A stretch of DNA of 63,974 nucleotides, the filler included, from Catajapyx aquilonaris (Eukaryota), in the NCBI GenBank assembly GCA_000934665.2. It is 3 parts of 3 records of this genome, joined end to end, with 100 filler letters (N's around TTAATTAATTAA, not from the genome) between each part and the next. Parts side by side here need not be neighbours in the genome. Positions count along the whole stretch, not along the records: positions 1 to 21,488 come from JYFJ02006039.1; positions 21,589 to 43,061 come from KZ539464.1; 1 more part is not named here. The stretch is one strand, 5' to 3'. The translations under genes were made by a program, and so were the position numbers. Of this stretch, positions 12,201 through 23,400 are shown piece after piece. Numbering within the stretch: the stretch's first letter is position 1; each line of letters begins with the position of its first letter. The notes under the pieces were generated by a model that worked only from the letters and a program-made list of their open reading frames with translations, ran no database searches and was not told where the DNA came from.

Positions 12201-13200
12201 GCGACGCTACGAGGTGACCACACCATTACTGTCTGTCTAGTCCCGATCCGTTGCATTTCCTGATGATTTTAGTTACACCCAAGCCTAGTGAGGTGGACAG
12301 TGAGTAAGCATCTACAACATTACTCCCCGTCTTGTGTGCTCCAGGCCAAGGAACATCATTGTGGTTGCTAAACTGTACCTTGTTAAATGGAGGCCATTCC
12401 GGACAAGTATCACTATTGCTCGCAGTACATGGGCCTCATGAAAAGGACTGAATTTGCACAACATAAAGCAAATAAAGGTACTGTGCCAGATGACCAACAC
12501 AGACAGTGCACTAACCCAATTATATACAGGGTGTACCAAGTATGCAGGTCATTTAAGTTATAGAAAATTAGATCAAAGTTTATTTTATTTTATTTTTAAG
12601 TAGCTTGGTGCATCCCCATCCAAGTGGTCTAATATAGAAATTGCACCAAATACAGCACCTGAATCGCAGCGCATCAAGCTACAAAAAAATGACATCTTTG
12701 GGCAAAATTTACCATTACTAAAACAACTTGCACACTCGGAACTCCCTGGATATATTATTACTGATTAGATATTTCCCTTTGAAATTTGAAAGCAAACTCA
12801 CAACATCCTGAGCCCCCTCAATTTCAGCTCGACACCCATGTTGCGCAAGTTTCCATTTGCTCCTTAGTAGTCACTATCAAGCACCTACCCGCCAAAAAAC
12901 TTAAGCTATACAAGCAAAACATGCATCCAACAGATTCTCAGGACCATGGTAGCATCCTGTCTGGTCGGGTTACAATACATGTGACAGCACACCTGTTATC
13001 ACTTCATTCCTGTTGATTTCCGACATGAGCTGGGCGACTGCATCCTCGTAGCAGTCTTCCACCGGTTTTCTCAAGTCCTCCGGTATTCTCTCCCAGTCTT
13101 CCGGGCTGAGTGGGAGGTGCCCCGGCACACGGGATACTTCGAAAGCCTCCATGCCCACGCCAGATGACAACGCAGTCTCCGGTGGTACACGGGAGGCCAT
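332..13200 (-). CDS. TPR: Nucleoprotein TPR / Megator, 5' part (4 coding exons; gene continues beyond the left edge of the window)
   Basis: Phase-compatible GT-AG exons 13200-12993, 4391-4220, 782-602 and 532-332 give MASRVPP...LSPEDWERIPEDLRK...AKCEALAK|VDELQEAEISITFREKKLQSDKE. This matches recalled Drosophila Mtor (AKCEAIARVDEIQ) and human TPR ([23 protein letters not shown]). The start codon (13200 vs 13152) is uncertain. Confidence 0.85.
1617..2823. mobile_element. Palindromic Tc1-like MITE interrupted by a TTAA element
   Basis: 1617-1692 plus 2519-2525 is the reverse complement of about 2716-2797; the right end is CACCCTG|TA. Confidence 0.65.
1693..2514. mobile_element. piggyBac-like non-autonomous element
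   Basis: TTAA at 1689-1692 and 2515-2518; imperfect terminal inverted repeats (TIRs) CTCTTACGGCGGC / GGCGCCCTAAGAG; the empty site can be rebuilt from the opposite arm of the host MITE. Confidence 0.8.
3340..3562 (-). mobile_element. tRNA-derived SINE
   Basis: tRNA-like head with a B-box-like GGATCAAATCCC, then the body GTGGTTTTCTGTGGTTTCCC...AGGCCACAGCCGCTTCCTTC, which resembles recalled insect SINEs; A-rich tail. Confidence 0.75.
5624..6068. mobile_element. pogo/Tigger-type MITE
   Basis: TA|CAGTCAATCCTCGTTTAAC ... GTTAAACGAGGTTTGACTG|TA. Confidence 0.9.
6164..6206. repeat. (TTA)n microsatellite
   Basis: About 14 tandem TTA units. Confidence 0.95.
6535..6902. mobile_element. Degenerate palindromic Tc1/mariner-type MITE
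   Basis: GATTACAATTTCATCTGATAAATAGATGGC is mirrored by GCCATCTATTTATCAGATGAAATTGTAATC; the right end is GACTCACCCGGTG|TA. Confidence 0.7.
9748..10122. mobile_element. Palindromic Tc1-type MITE
   Basis: TA|CAGGGTGTTTCTTACTAGTCCAGC ... GCTGGACTAGTAACAAACACCCTG|TA; arms of about 100 bp. Confidence 0.9.
10197..10845. mobile_element. TA-flanked MITE with 18-bp subterminal tandem repeats
   Basis: TA|GGGTAAACCGCACAGTGATGGCC ... GGCCATCACTATGCAGTTTACCC|TA; four copies of CAGTGATGGCCCGCCCYA at about 10209-10275. Confidence 0.8.
11418..11971. mobile_element. mariner-derived foldback MITE made of two head-to-head 5' ends
   Basis: TA|CGAGGGGTGTTTGATAAGTA ... TACTTATCAAACACCCCTCG|TA; both arms encode the transposase N-terminus (AVIRYLFLKGMSAKDIHT). 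Confidence 0.9.
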
Positions 13201-13379
13201 CGGCGGGCAGCACCTCTCCACCTTCTCTCGTGACAAAAGCACGCTGCTGCGGATAGTGTGGAACAAAATATGGATGACTAGGGATGGCTAGCGGCTAGGG
13301 TTGGCAACTTGGCTGTGCGCGCGGCCCCTGGCGGCCCTGCGATAAGGGGTTTTTTTTTTTTGTCTTTTTTCAGTGGAAT

Positions 13380-13405
13380 TTGCGCATGCGTCGCGGCCAT
13401 TTTCG
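13380..13405 (-). promoter_or_regulatory. Candidate promoter motifs upstream of the first TPR coding exon (YY1/Pho-like AAAATGGCCGC next to NRF1/Ewg-like GCGCATGCG)
   Basis: TGCGCATGCGTCGCGGCCATTTT in a CpG-rich patch about 180 bp upstream of the ATG; motif match only. Confidence 0.3.
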
Positions 13406-14074
13406 GTCCAAACTCAGGAACATGTCTACCGGTACACGTTGATGGCGCTCTATACCGGGGCATGTTCGAGGCTCACATTCAACATAGGCTACCTGAATCG
13501 CTGAATGTGATCCTTTAATATCTATGGGCCTGATATGATGCATCGAAATTTTACCAGCAGTAATTCGGTCTTCTGTAGTACCGTCACCACTGGTACCAAC
13601 CAGGGGTACCCTCTGTATGCTCTCAATGCAAATACCTACGGTACGCAGCATTCTAGAAATGCGTGTACAAGGATATGTTCAGGAGGGGTAACTTTTGATG
13701 CTGAATGTAATGGCACATTGGATTTGACCTATGAGGTCATATGGGGTCACAGGAGAACAAAATGAAGCCAAAATTGGTGACAAATTAATAATTGTCCAGT
13801 CTCAAGGAACAGAGATTTTGATTTTTAAAATGACATTCAAAAGTGTTGACCCCAAAAATGAGCTCAAGAACCCAAGATCGGCATCACATTTGGCCTCCTG
13901 AGGTCACCTGAGGCCACAAACAAGTGGTCACCAAACACCAATTGTATTATTTCCAGGGCAGCGGTAGGTATCCTGTGGTATCCTGCTGGTTTGGTTTATA
14001 GGGGAAGCCAATGCCACTACAGGCTATCTGGCGGACAATATGAAAGATTAAAATGCATATCAGTTGCAGCCATG

Positions 14075-14150
14075 GCCAGCAAAGTGACATAGCAGTTAGG
14101 ACCGCAGCCTTCCACCTCTGGGGTCCCTGGTTCGATCCCCAGGCCCAACT
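14075..14150 (+). mobile_element. tRNA-like SINE head fragment
   Basis: A-box-like TGACATAGCAGTTAGG and B-box GGTTCGATCCCC; no intact cloverleaf. Confidence 0.5.
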
Positions 14151-14746
14151 GACGAAATCCTAAAATCGAGTGACCTTCGTCACCTGTTTTGTCACCTGCA
14201 AAATACTTCTTTCAGGTAAGAACCTAGGAAGTGACCAAGAGAGACGAAGGAATATAGGCTTGACAGTGAAAGTACTCGACACAGGCTTGCAAAATATGGT
14301 ACTGCACCATGGTTCATGAAATGATTGGAATGACATGCTGTCTGCGTCGACTGGTAGCTGGATATCTGTGCCATAACATGTCCATGTTTCTTTCGTGAGA
14401 AATTATTTTTACAAATTTGCAGCCTGCCACTCATTACTTTTAAGATGAGGTAATACCTCACTGGACTCAGCACCTGTCTCATCAATGCACACTTGGCTTC
14501 AGTCTAAAGTGAAGAAGTGACCAAATGTACTCTCCTGTCAGTTAATAAACACAGCAGCATAAAGAGCATATGACTTGGCAATAATATAGGTTCAAGTTCT
14601 CTTGTAGGCTCAGTCAGTTCCATAACAATAGAGGGTCGTAAGAGATTTGGCAGCACAGTCATAGCGTATTACCTCTCATATTGCGGCACGCTGGTATAAC
14701 CCGGGGGTGGCCGGCATGCTGCAATAACTGAGGTAGATTTCCTTAA

Positions 14747-15998
14747 CCCTTAACTAGTAAGGTGAACTCGAGCAACGCGACTAGTAAGATGGGGTCATTG
14801 GTGACCCCACGTGGTAATTGAATTATATTTGATCTTGAATTCATAAAATTAAAAATTTAAAGCCATGTAAACTAAGTTTACATTATGTATGAGGCGTAGG
14901 TAATAAAAGAAACTTATAGGTCACGTTACTAGTGTGATGGCTATGCAAATCGACGTCAACTGCGTATAATTATAAATACGCTTTCTCTATACAGGGTCTA
15001 AATGGATTCAGCCGACAAACTTGTAGGGGTAATAGAGGGGACCAAGACAAACATATTTGACATAGGAAACCGTGTCCGGAAACACCATCTAGAGGGGGCT
15101 CATAGACAAGGAACGGGTGCGCTCAGACGCGTCAGGCTGGCGGCGTTAGCAAGCGGACCGTTTAGTTGCTAGGTGGGGGGCGGATTGTACACAACTTTGC
15201 ATTTTTCCATAACCTGGCAACAACAGAGTTGTTGTTTATTATCTGCGCACTACCTAGCATGCTGACTTTACTTGCTAGGTGGCTCTGTTGTTGCCAGGTT
15301 ATGGTGAATTGCAAAGTTGTGTACAATCCGCCCGCCACCTAGCAACTAAACGGTCCGCTCGCTAACGCCACCAGCCTGACGCGTCTGAGCGCACCCGTTC
15401 CTTGTCTATGAACCCCCTCTAGATGGCGTTTCCGGACACGGTTTCCTATGTCAAATATGTTTGTCTTGGTCCCCTCTATTACCCCTACAAGTTTGTCGGC
15501 TGAATTCATTTACAGCCTGTATAAAGCCCCAAATCTGATGATGATATGTCCTCTACATTAAATGCCATACAAGTAATACTTTCAAAAGAACGGCTATATA
15601 TATGACATTGTATAAGTATAGAGAGCGCAGACCAAACCCATATCTGAAACTATTTACAATTTTTTAAATTATTGCATCATCTATGACAGGTCTATGCCAC
15701 CGTTTGAAGCAAAAAATAGAAGCTTCTCACTGGCAGGCATGAATTCAAGAGCAATGAGGAATCCAAACGTAACTAGTAAGGTGGGGTCAATTTTGACCCC
15801 AGCCGCACATCACCTTCGTTATAGCCATTTTTGGACCGCTATTAAATTTTTTTGAACAATTTAAAGGTTATTAACACATAAACAAAGATGTGATCGAGGA
15901 ATACACTGAAGCTTTTGGCTCTTGATTAACCAGTTATTTGACAGTGCTAATTTCCGCAAGCTTGGGGTCAAAAATGACCCCACCTTACTAGTTAAGGG
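14747..15998. mobile_element. piggyBac-like MITE
   Basis: TTAA|CCCTTAACTAGTAAGGTG ... CACCTTACTAGTTAAGGG|TTAA; subterminal GGGGTCA..TGACCCC palindromes. Confidence 0.9.
14992..15519. mobile_element. Palindromic Tc1-type MITE (arms of about 235 bp)
   Basis: TA|CAGGGTCTAAATGGATTCAGCCGACAAAC ... GTTTGTCGGCTGAATTCATTTACAGCCTG|TA. Confidence 0.9.
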
Positions 15999-16583
15999 TT
16001 AATTTTGATCCTTGCCAAATATTTTGGAATGCATCTGGTACCATACTAAAATAATGTTACAATGAAAATGGGCTAGTGTACAAGCTGTGAGGATATGCAA
16101 CTTCTGTTGCACAGTGCATATAAAAAATGTAGATTGTGTGACCAATCCCATCGTCAGCCTGCTTTGACAGGGGAACCCTCTGCTCCAACATACTGTTTAA
16201 ATATAGATTATTGCCAGAAAATGTGCCTTTTTGATAGCCTCTACGTGAATTATACTTTTCAGGCAAATGTCAAGTTCGGAAAGGATAATGTAACTTATGT
16301 GAAAACCTCGCCTTATACCGGCATACCTCGCCTTATACCGGCACGCCGGTATAGCCACCAGATCAGGCATTTTTTAAACTGGTCGACCTCGCCTACACCG
16401 GCATGCCGGAATATGAGAGGTAATTCGGTACATAGGTTAGCAGGGTTCCACTGCAAAGTTACACGCACAGGTAATTATACAAGAGTTGGTTTTTAAGAAG
16501 TGGCAACCCTTCAATAGTTTCAAAGTGACCTTTATTTAACAAATTTGTTATCTACATTCTTTCAATGTAGTCGCCCCCGAACT

Positions 16584-17474
16584 CAGCGCCGGATTTCCCA
16601 TTAGGCACAATAGGCACTGGCCTAGGGGCGGCCGCGAGTTGCAATAAATAATATTTCTCAAATACAATAATAAGAAATGATGGCGAGATCACAAGGAAAA
16701 GCAAATTGGTGACCGCTTGATTTGCCACTACATGCAGAAAAGGTAATTGCCAAAGGGCGGCTTTCAATATAATATTTTTAAAATAAAATAACTTTAAATC
16801 AGCGGCTCTCAAACTGTGGGGCGCGCCCCCTGGGGGGGGGGGTGAAGGGGTGGCAAGGGGGGGGGGGGGGGCGAATCCAAAAATTACGAAATATTATGTG
16901 ATTCGAAACAGAAAAAAAAGTCGTACTGATGAGCTAAGAACTACTTCTCAGGGGTTACTGTAGCGTACAGTTCTACACAATTTGTGCAGTTCTAAAAGCC
17001 AAATGTGCAGTTCTGAATAAGGATTTGTGCAGTCAGATAATAGCAGACAAGTCTGTTATATCCGGAATCCGGATTCAACTGTACTTGGACATTGGCACTG
17101 CTGGAAATATGAAGGGACCGATCTTTCTACTTGGTTATATCCGATGTGCTTACAGTAGGCCCTATAGGAGGATTCCACTGTAAGCCCTACTTTGTCAGTT
17201 ATTACATTCACCTAAGATTGTGTGACCTTGAACGGGAAAAAATTTCACCTGCGGCGGGCTGGCGGGCTTATTCAGTTTGGGGGGAGGGGGCGAAATCTGA
17301 AATTACTTTCTAGGGGGGCCCGATGTGGCAAAGTTTGAGAAACGCTGCATTAAATGAAGGAGAGAACACAATAAAATTTTTTGAATTTTTAAACGTCAGG
17401 CCGGGGGGAAGGGGCGGCTGTNGGGGGCGTATCTCAAGTGCCTAAGGGCGGCCAGGGGGGTAAATCCGGCGCTG
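16584..17474. mobile_element. hAT-type MITE inserted in the mariner ORF
   Basis: TIR CAGCGCCGGATTT / AAATCCGGCGCTG; perfect 8-bp TSD CCCGAACT (16576-16583, 17475-17482). Confidence 0.92.
16800..17347. mobile_element. hAT (Charlie/Buster-like) MITE
   Basis: TIR CAGCGGCTCTCAAACT / AGTTTGAGAAACGCTG; TSD CTTTAAAT / CATTAAAT (one mismatch). Confidence 0.8.
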
Positions 17475-18459
17475 CCCGAACTCCATGACCCTTTTCCAGA
17501 TATGTGGGAGGCGTTGGATGCCGTCAGCAGAGTGATGTTTGTTGATATCTGCAACCACCCGCCCTAAAGCTTGTACTATTGCTTCAACGCTATGGAAACG
17601 TATCCCTCGGACTGGTTCCTTCATTTCTGCGAACAAATCAAAGTCGCAGGGGCTCATGTCTGGAGAGTAGGGAGGATGCTCCAGTGTTACCCATTGCCAA
17701 CAAAGCAATAATTCTCTCACTGCAGCTGCGACATGGCAACGCGCGTTGTCATGCAATTCAATAGGGCTGGTGTTCAGGAAGTGCAGCCGCTTGTGTCGTA
17801 TTGCTGGTCTCAGATGGTGTTCAAAGAAGTTGCGGTAATACTGGGCATTGGGCATTGACAGCCTCTCCACAAGCTTCGACAAGACCATGCCAGCATTCAC
17901 GGGCATTGTCATGGCCCCTCGCCACCGCAATCTTCAACCAAGAGCACTGCGCTAACTTCGATGGCATGGCTTAGGGCGGTGCACGAGGATGCGGCCCCTT
18001 TGATCTGCCCTGTCTCCGTGACCAGTAGCACAATCGGATCCAACCTTGGCACGAAGATGCCTCACATCTGTCTGGATCCACCTGCCAGCGCAGAAGGCAC
18101 AACCCAGTTTCCGTGCGCAATGAGAACAGGGTTGCCACTACTTAAAAACCAACCCTCGTAAAGAATTCAAAATAAATTGTATGACAAATATTTCTTTTCA
18201 CCTGTGTGCGCCACATAGCAGCATTATAGAGGTTGAGATTCCTTTATCCAAAATGACAAAATATAAAAGACTTTTGAGTGCTGAGATAACGAGCCACAGA
18301 TGGAAAATTCCAAATTATGCATCATTACCACGTATCTGCACATACACAAAATTATTACATATTTATATAAAACTACCTTCTGGGTTCATGCATAACATTT
18401 AATGTCACCGATTGGCAAAGGTCTGGGCACCCCAATGCTTCAGTTGATGAAGACCCAGG

Positions 18460-18640
18460 AGGGAATCATCTACCGTGAGCTGTTGTGACCAGGTGAAAGG
18501 GTGACTGCAGACCACTACAGTGTATAACTAAGGAAACTGGTCGAATTCCTGCAGCAGAAGTTTAAAAATATGGCTCAAACCAACGGCAAGTCATTCTCCC
18601 CCATGACAATCCACGGCCTCATATAGCATAGACCTAATAG
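18460..18640 (+). pseudogene. mariner transposase remnant (catalytic region)
   Basis: Frameshifted GIIYRELL...VTADHYSV...HDNPRPHIA. Confidence 0.7.
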
Positions 18641-18796
18641 TTCACCACTTGTGGTGAGTGGCATTGTGTAAAGCATGTCTCGGAGTATTAGAACACCAAT
18701 TCCTGTTTGAATATTTAACGATCCCAGGCAACGGTGACATAGGCAGTAGACCTAGGTTCATATTCACCTCCACTCTGCCAGTGTCAAGCCCCGTTT

Positions 18797-19707
18797 GCAT
18801 GTGAGTGATTTGATGAGGAAAGTCTTCGCCGAACGGTAACATTGCTGAGTAACCAATATTGTTTGAGGCGAACATCGATTGTTACTTTCACCTCAAACAA
18901 TATTGGATACTCGGGTTACTCAGCAATGTTACCGATCGGCAAAGACTTTGCTTGTCAAATCCCTCACGTAAATGCAGCTTAAAGATAGAGGTTGGCTGTG
19001 AGGAACAACATTCAGCACTGAAGTTTTGCTTCCATTTGAATAAAACAGCCACAAAGGCATACGATGTATGCTAAGAGAGGCACATGGTGAAGAAGTGTCC
19101 GACAGCATTCAGATGGTACAAAAGCATTCAGTGAGGGTTGGTAGTCAGCTTTCAGAGACAGGTTTGCCTACTCCCATCTGAGAGTGGAGATCACTAACAC
19201 TTGTGCAGTGATTGTCTGGGAAGATCACCTCATAACCGTCGATGACCTTGCCAGAATGTGTGGTATGTCCCATGGTGCTGCCCACACGACTTTGCATTGA
19301 CCATCTGCACATGCGACATGTTTGCGCTCAATGCAGTGGGCTCCCACGTGGTTGACTCCAGAGCAGAAGCAGATGTAGGTAGAGGTTTGCAGAGAGTTGC
19401 AACATCTTGTCGCTGGACATGGTGAATGGTCTCTGCTATCCATAATCTTAGCATGGCAGACACCCCCGTCTTCAAACGAAAGCAAAACCTCAACGCTAAA
19501 TATTGCCAACTTCCATCTTGACACCGGCAGAGCGGAGGAAAAAACAATTTAGTTCGACTTCCAGTGTCACCATTGACAGTATTGCGGAGTATTCGAACAG
19601 TAATAGGTTGTTCCAAGCTCTTCGTTGTTCTAATAGTCCAATACATGTTTACATGACGCCACTCCCACACAAAAATTCAGTATCAATTTGTTTTGACTAC
19701 CCCTTGT
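18797..19707 (+). mobile_element. Decayed mariner element (N-terminal HTH remnant) with an adjacent hairpin
   Basis: EQHSALKFCFHLNKTATKAY...EDHLITVDDLARMCGMSHG...WLTPEQK; TIR-like end TTTTGACTACCCCTTG|TA; inverted repeat at 18797-18976. Confidence 0.7.
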
Positions 19708-21488
19708 ATTTATTTAATAACATGAGGTACCTTATGTTAAATGCATGCCATGACAACTTCATGTCTTAGTGAGCCTCTTCTTGCCCCCAGTCATCACATT
19801 TGGTTTGAAGATTGGATTAGGGCGTGGCATTCACGTAATGCGAGACTGAAACCCATTCCTCATTCATAACTTGTAAAATGTCTCTACCAAGCTTACAACC
19901 AGGTCAAATGATTACCGTAATAAAGATGCTGGGGTCAATGTTGGCCGATTCGTTACCACTTTTGATGCTCCACTGTAGTGCTGACAACTGTGGACCACAC
20001 ACAAGTGTGTTCCCACGGGTGTTCCCCTCGTTCTCCTGCACCGCACCTAGACTGTCAGTTTGTCGCACGCCATGTGGTCAAATTTGTGGGTATGTGGCTC
20101 CCTAACTGCCCAAGTGGTCAACGTTGGTACAAGGGAAATGCCCTTCCTGCGCATGTGTTCCGTAGGCTTATTTTCGTGCAACCGAGCGGCTCGGCGAACC
20201 GAGCGTGACGTCAATATGACGTCAACCGCCATCCCGGGATTGGAGAGCCGGGGGATTAGGCCGCGCCCCCTACCCACTTACTCGGTTGCTCCACAACATG
20301 GTTATAGAAGACTCAGGTTAGGTCACTCCCACCCCCCCCCCCCCTGCCGGGGCGTTTTTCAGCGAGTTCTCACCTGAGACCGCCATGAGACATTTCGGAG
20401 CCACGATAAGTGGCGACCCTATCGGACTAAGGCTGAACTTTATAGGTACGAAAGGGGAGGGCTACATGATGACCAAGGTGTATAGAGGGCCGGTGGCTCC
20501 TCTCCGCCTAGACCTAAGGTCGACGCAAGTGCGCTCTGGCGGAGGCCCAGGCGTTGATAAATATTGTCAGATAAATGGCCCTAAATAAGGTCTCATAAAC
20601 CGGGAGATGCGTGGATAATTGCCTAAATAAATGACGGATAGCCATGAGATCATACACCATACGTGGGAACTGCCATACGTGTCAGAGATGACTCCCAAAG
20701 GTACTTGGAATAACCACTTGATCAGGCAAAGGAAGTGTTGCACGATAGTACGGCCCAGGGGGGTGAAACTTGATAGGCGGAATTGGTCCCTAGATTATAG
20801 TTCGGGAGCAAACCGTTGGCGGCGCAGCGGTCGATCGATCTGCAAAACCTGCTTATGATTAGGATTTATTTCAATGCTGCATGTAATTAAAGTGATAATA
20901 AAGTCTAATTACATGCGTAATTTTGTAAACTATTAATATTTAAATAGACATTATTATGTCACGTGACATGGCGCTCGTCATTTGTCGTAAATTTTTTTTT
21001 CCAAAGCAAGATTCGAACATGTTCGAACGAAGAGGGGAGGAAAATTACGTCGGCGCATTTGTGCTTCAAGATGCCCAAAATACGCCTTGGGGCCCTTGGG
21101 TCTTTTTGTTCCGGGCTGACCGGGGCTGACAACACGACTGGAAGGATCGGACCGCATCGGACACCCTTTTGGACTCCATTTTCCGCGAAAGAAATGTGTG
21201 AGAGCAATATTTGAAACTTCTCATTCCTACTGTGCTCGAAAGTAGGCTACATAATAAATTATGTGCTTTTCCAGGTGTTCCCCCGTGGCCATCTTTCTGT
21301 GGAAACCTTCCGGTGAAAGTAAAAGCGGATACTTTCTGCACCAAAAATGGAATGCGCATTTCGAAGCTGAGACACCACTTCGTACGGACAGCTGCCAGGA
21401 AAGGCTGACAACCATCCGTGATGATAATTTCAGAATTATTATGTACATGCGTAATGATATATGCAATCCTAAATAGTACGTTGATTAC

Positions 21489-21588
21489 NNNNNNNNNNNN
21501 NNNNNNNNNNNNNNNNNNNNNNNNNNNNNNNNTTAATTAATTAANNNNNNNNNNNNNNNNNNNNNNNNNNNNNNNNNNNNNNNNNNNN
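21489..21588. other. Artificial scaffold spacer
   Basis: 44 N + TTAATTAATTAA (stops in all six frames) + 44 N = exactly 100 bp. Confidence 0.95.
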
Positions 21589-22036
21589 TCAAGCCATGGT
21601 TCAAGGAGTGGACGTGTCAAGTCTCCACATCCGCGTGAAGGGTGAGCAGAAGCGTAATCTTATTATATATAATATTGTAGTGGACTCCTTGCCACCAGCA
21701 GGGACCATGGCCAGACAAGGCAGTGCCCGAGTTCCAGAACACGTCAGTTCTCTCTAACATTTTATTCTAGACTGAACACTATTCTTGTTGCTACACAACA
21801 ATAATAACACAATGTGGCCAACAGGACCACTACAATCTATATCTATAAATAAGGAAGTTTGTCAGTTTGTTTGTCCCTTATAGAAATCCAGGGGAAGGCC
21901 CTTACACCACCTTTAATTAGCATATCGGGGGTTACATTTTCCAAGGAATCTAACGCCGCATGTTTCAGCTTCCGAAAATGAACCTAACTCCCACAACACG
22001 CATATTCCCGAATCTTCTCACTTCACAGGTCTCAAC

Positions 22037-22679
22037 AATGGGGAAGTAGCCTTGGTCTGGGATTTTGGATTTTTGTTCAAAACTAGCTAGCCCATGCCTG
22101 TAAACATACATTCCACCACTCTGTTGCATCAAAATGACATTACAGGATAAATTACGGCACATTTAAAAGTGCCTTCAAAATTGGCGGGAAAAACGCCGCA
22201 GCCAATCGAAAGGGTACTCTGAAATGCCTGGCTGACTGCGAGATATGAGGAATTTGACTTTGAATTAACAGCGGACACGACGGAAAGCATTCGCAAGGCG
22301 GCTGTAGGCCATCGAGGTGGAGAAAAGGGGCCTTCATGTGCCGAATTCGAGTGACAGATAATTCCTACCAGTTGGCATCACTGCCACATACAAAGCGGCT
22401 TGAGCGACCTGGAATAAATACGCGCCCCGGCCGCTATCTTGCTCACGGAATGGGACGGTTGCTAACAGCAGCGAAGCATTTTACAACAATGACGGGGCGC
22501 GTTCTATAACACCATTTTTGCGTTCATTTCACTTCGCGTGACGTCACCATTTCCCTACATAAAAACCCCAATTACTCCGGAACGGAAACTGATATCTTAA
22601 AATGGAATATGCCAAAAAAATCCAAAAAATATGGGCGAATTTATTATGTAGTTTCCAAAATGAAGGCTACTTCCCCATT
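22037..22679. mobile_element. MITE nested in the Helitron
   Basis: TIR AATGGGGAAGTAGCCTT / AAGGCTACTTCCCCATT. Confidence 0.65.
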
Positions 22680-22899
22680 AACTTACATAAACATCAAATA
22701 ACAATATATCAATTCATATTACCATGGAAATTCCCTTATGCAACAATACCTATAGGAAATTAAAGCATTGCCGTAAATTCAACACATCCACCAATTGCGC
22801 TAATTGGCCACCTCACGTGAGTTCGTATCATATGGTCATTCCGGGATTTTGTGGGATTTGCAACTAGACTTCCAGACAAAAATAAGTACAATAAAATAT

Positions 22900-23400
22900 C
22901 AGTAAAACTCCCATAAGTCGAACTTCCCTAAGTCGAAGTTCTCTATAAGTCGAAGAAAATGATGAGCTTGGTTGGTCGCAATGTAAAATAATAGGAAATA
23001 AACTTCCCTAACTCGAATTGCTATAACTCGAAGTTCTCCATACCCACCATGCATCTGTACCGAGATCTGTACGTACATTTCTAAATTTCTTCAGAGCAAA
23101 CATATGGAACGAGGTGGGGGTATGAAGTGGAGTTGGAGGGTCAAGGGGTCAAAAATGCAGGGGGGAAAACACATGACTGTGCAGTCTTTTCCTGGGCCAA
23201 CTCCATCTGCATTCCTCTTTTTACACATCCAATCAGAATATCTGTGTCGACTACATACGCTATGAGACAAGCAGGTATAATCTATCACAGAGAGTGACAA
23301 ACTTTGGCTTATTGAAACTTATAAGGCCTATTTTAAGACATCGAGTTTCGAGTTTATGGAAGGGAAATTTTTACAAACAAACACACTTCCTAAAATACTG
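22900..23400. mobile_element. Degenerate pogo/Tigger-type MITE
   Basis: CAGTAAAACTCCCATAAGTCGAA with repeated TAAGTCGAA motifs; TCGAGTTT motifs and ACTG|TA at the far end. Confidence 0.5.

Larger units (their letters stand above)
14664..16428. mobile_element. TA-flanked Tc1/mariner-superfamily MITE (host of a nest)
   Basis: TA|GCGTATTACCTCTCATATTGCGGCA ... TGCCGGAATATGAGAGGTAATTCGG|TA; the same right end recurs at about 26710-26818. Confidence 0.75.
16480..18158 (-). mobile_element. Internally deleted mariner (DD34D) transposon
   Basis: 30-bp TIRs CGAGGGTTGGTTTTTAAGTAGTGGCAACCC with TA flanks; transposase remnant LHDNARCH...YSPDMSPCDFDLF has D34D spacing; the C-terminus WKRVMEFG|GDYIERM* is split by a hAT MITE. 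Confidence 0.92.

Noticed and set aside
14075..14150. Possible tRNA genes here and at 3500-3562, 38379-38452, 58340-58405 and 58995-59068
   Set aside because: Degenerate cloverleaves; the other four continue into SINE bodies and three of them have TSDs.
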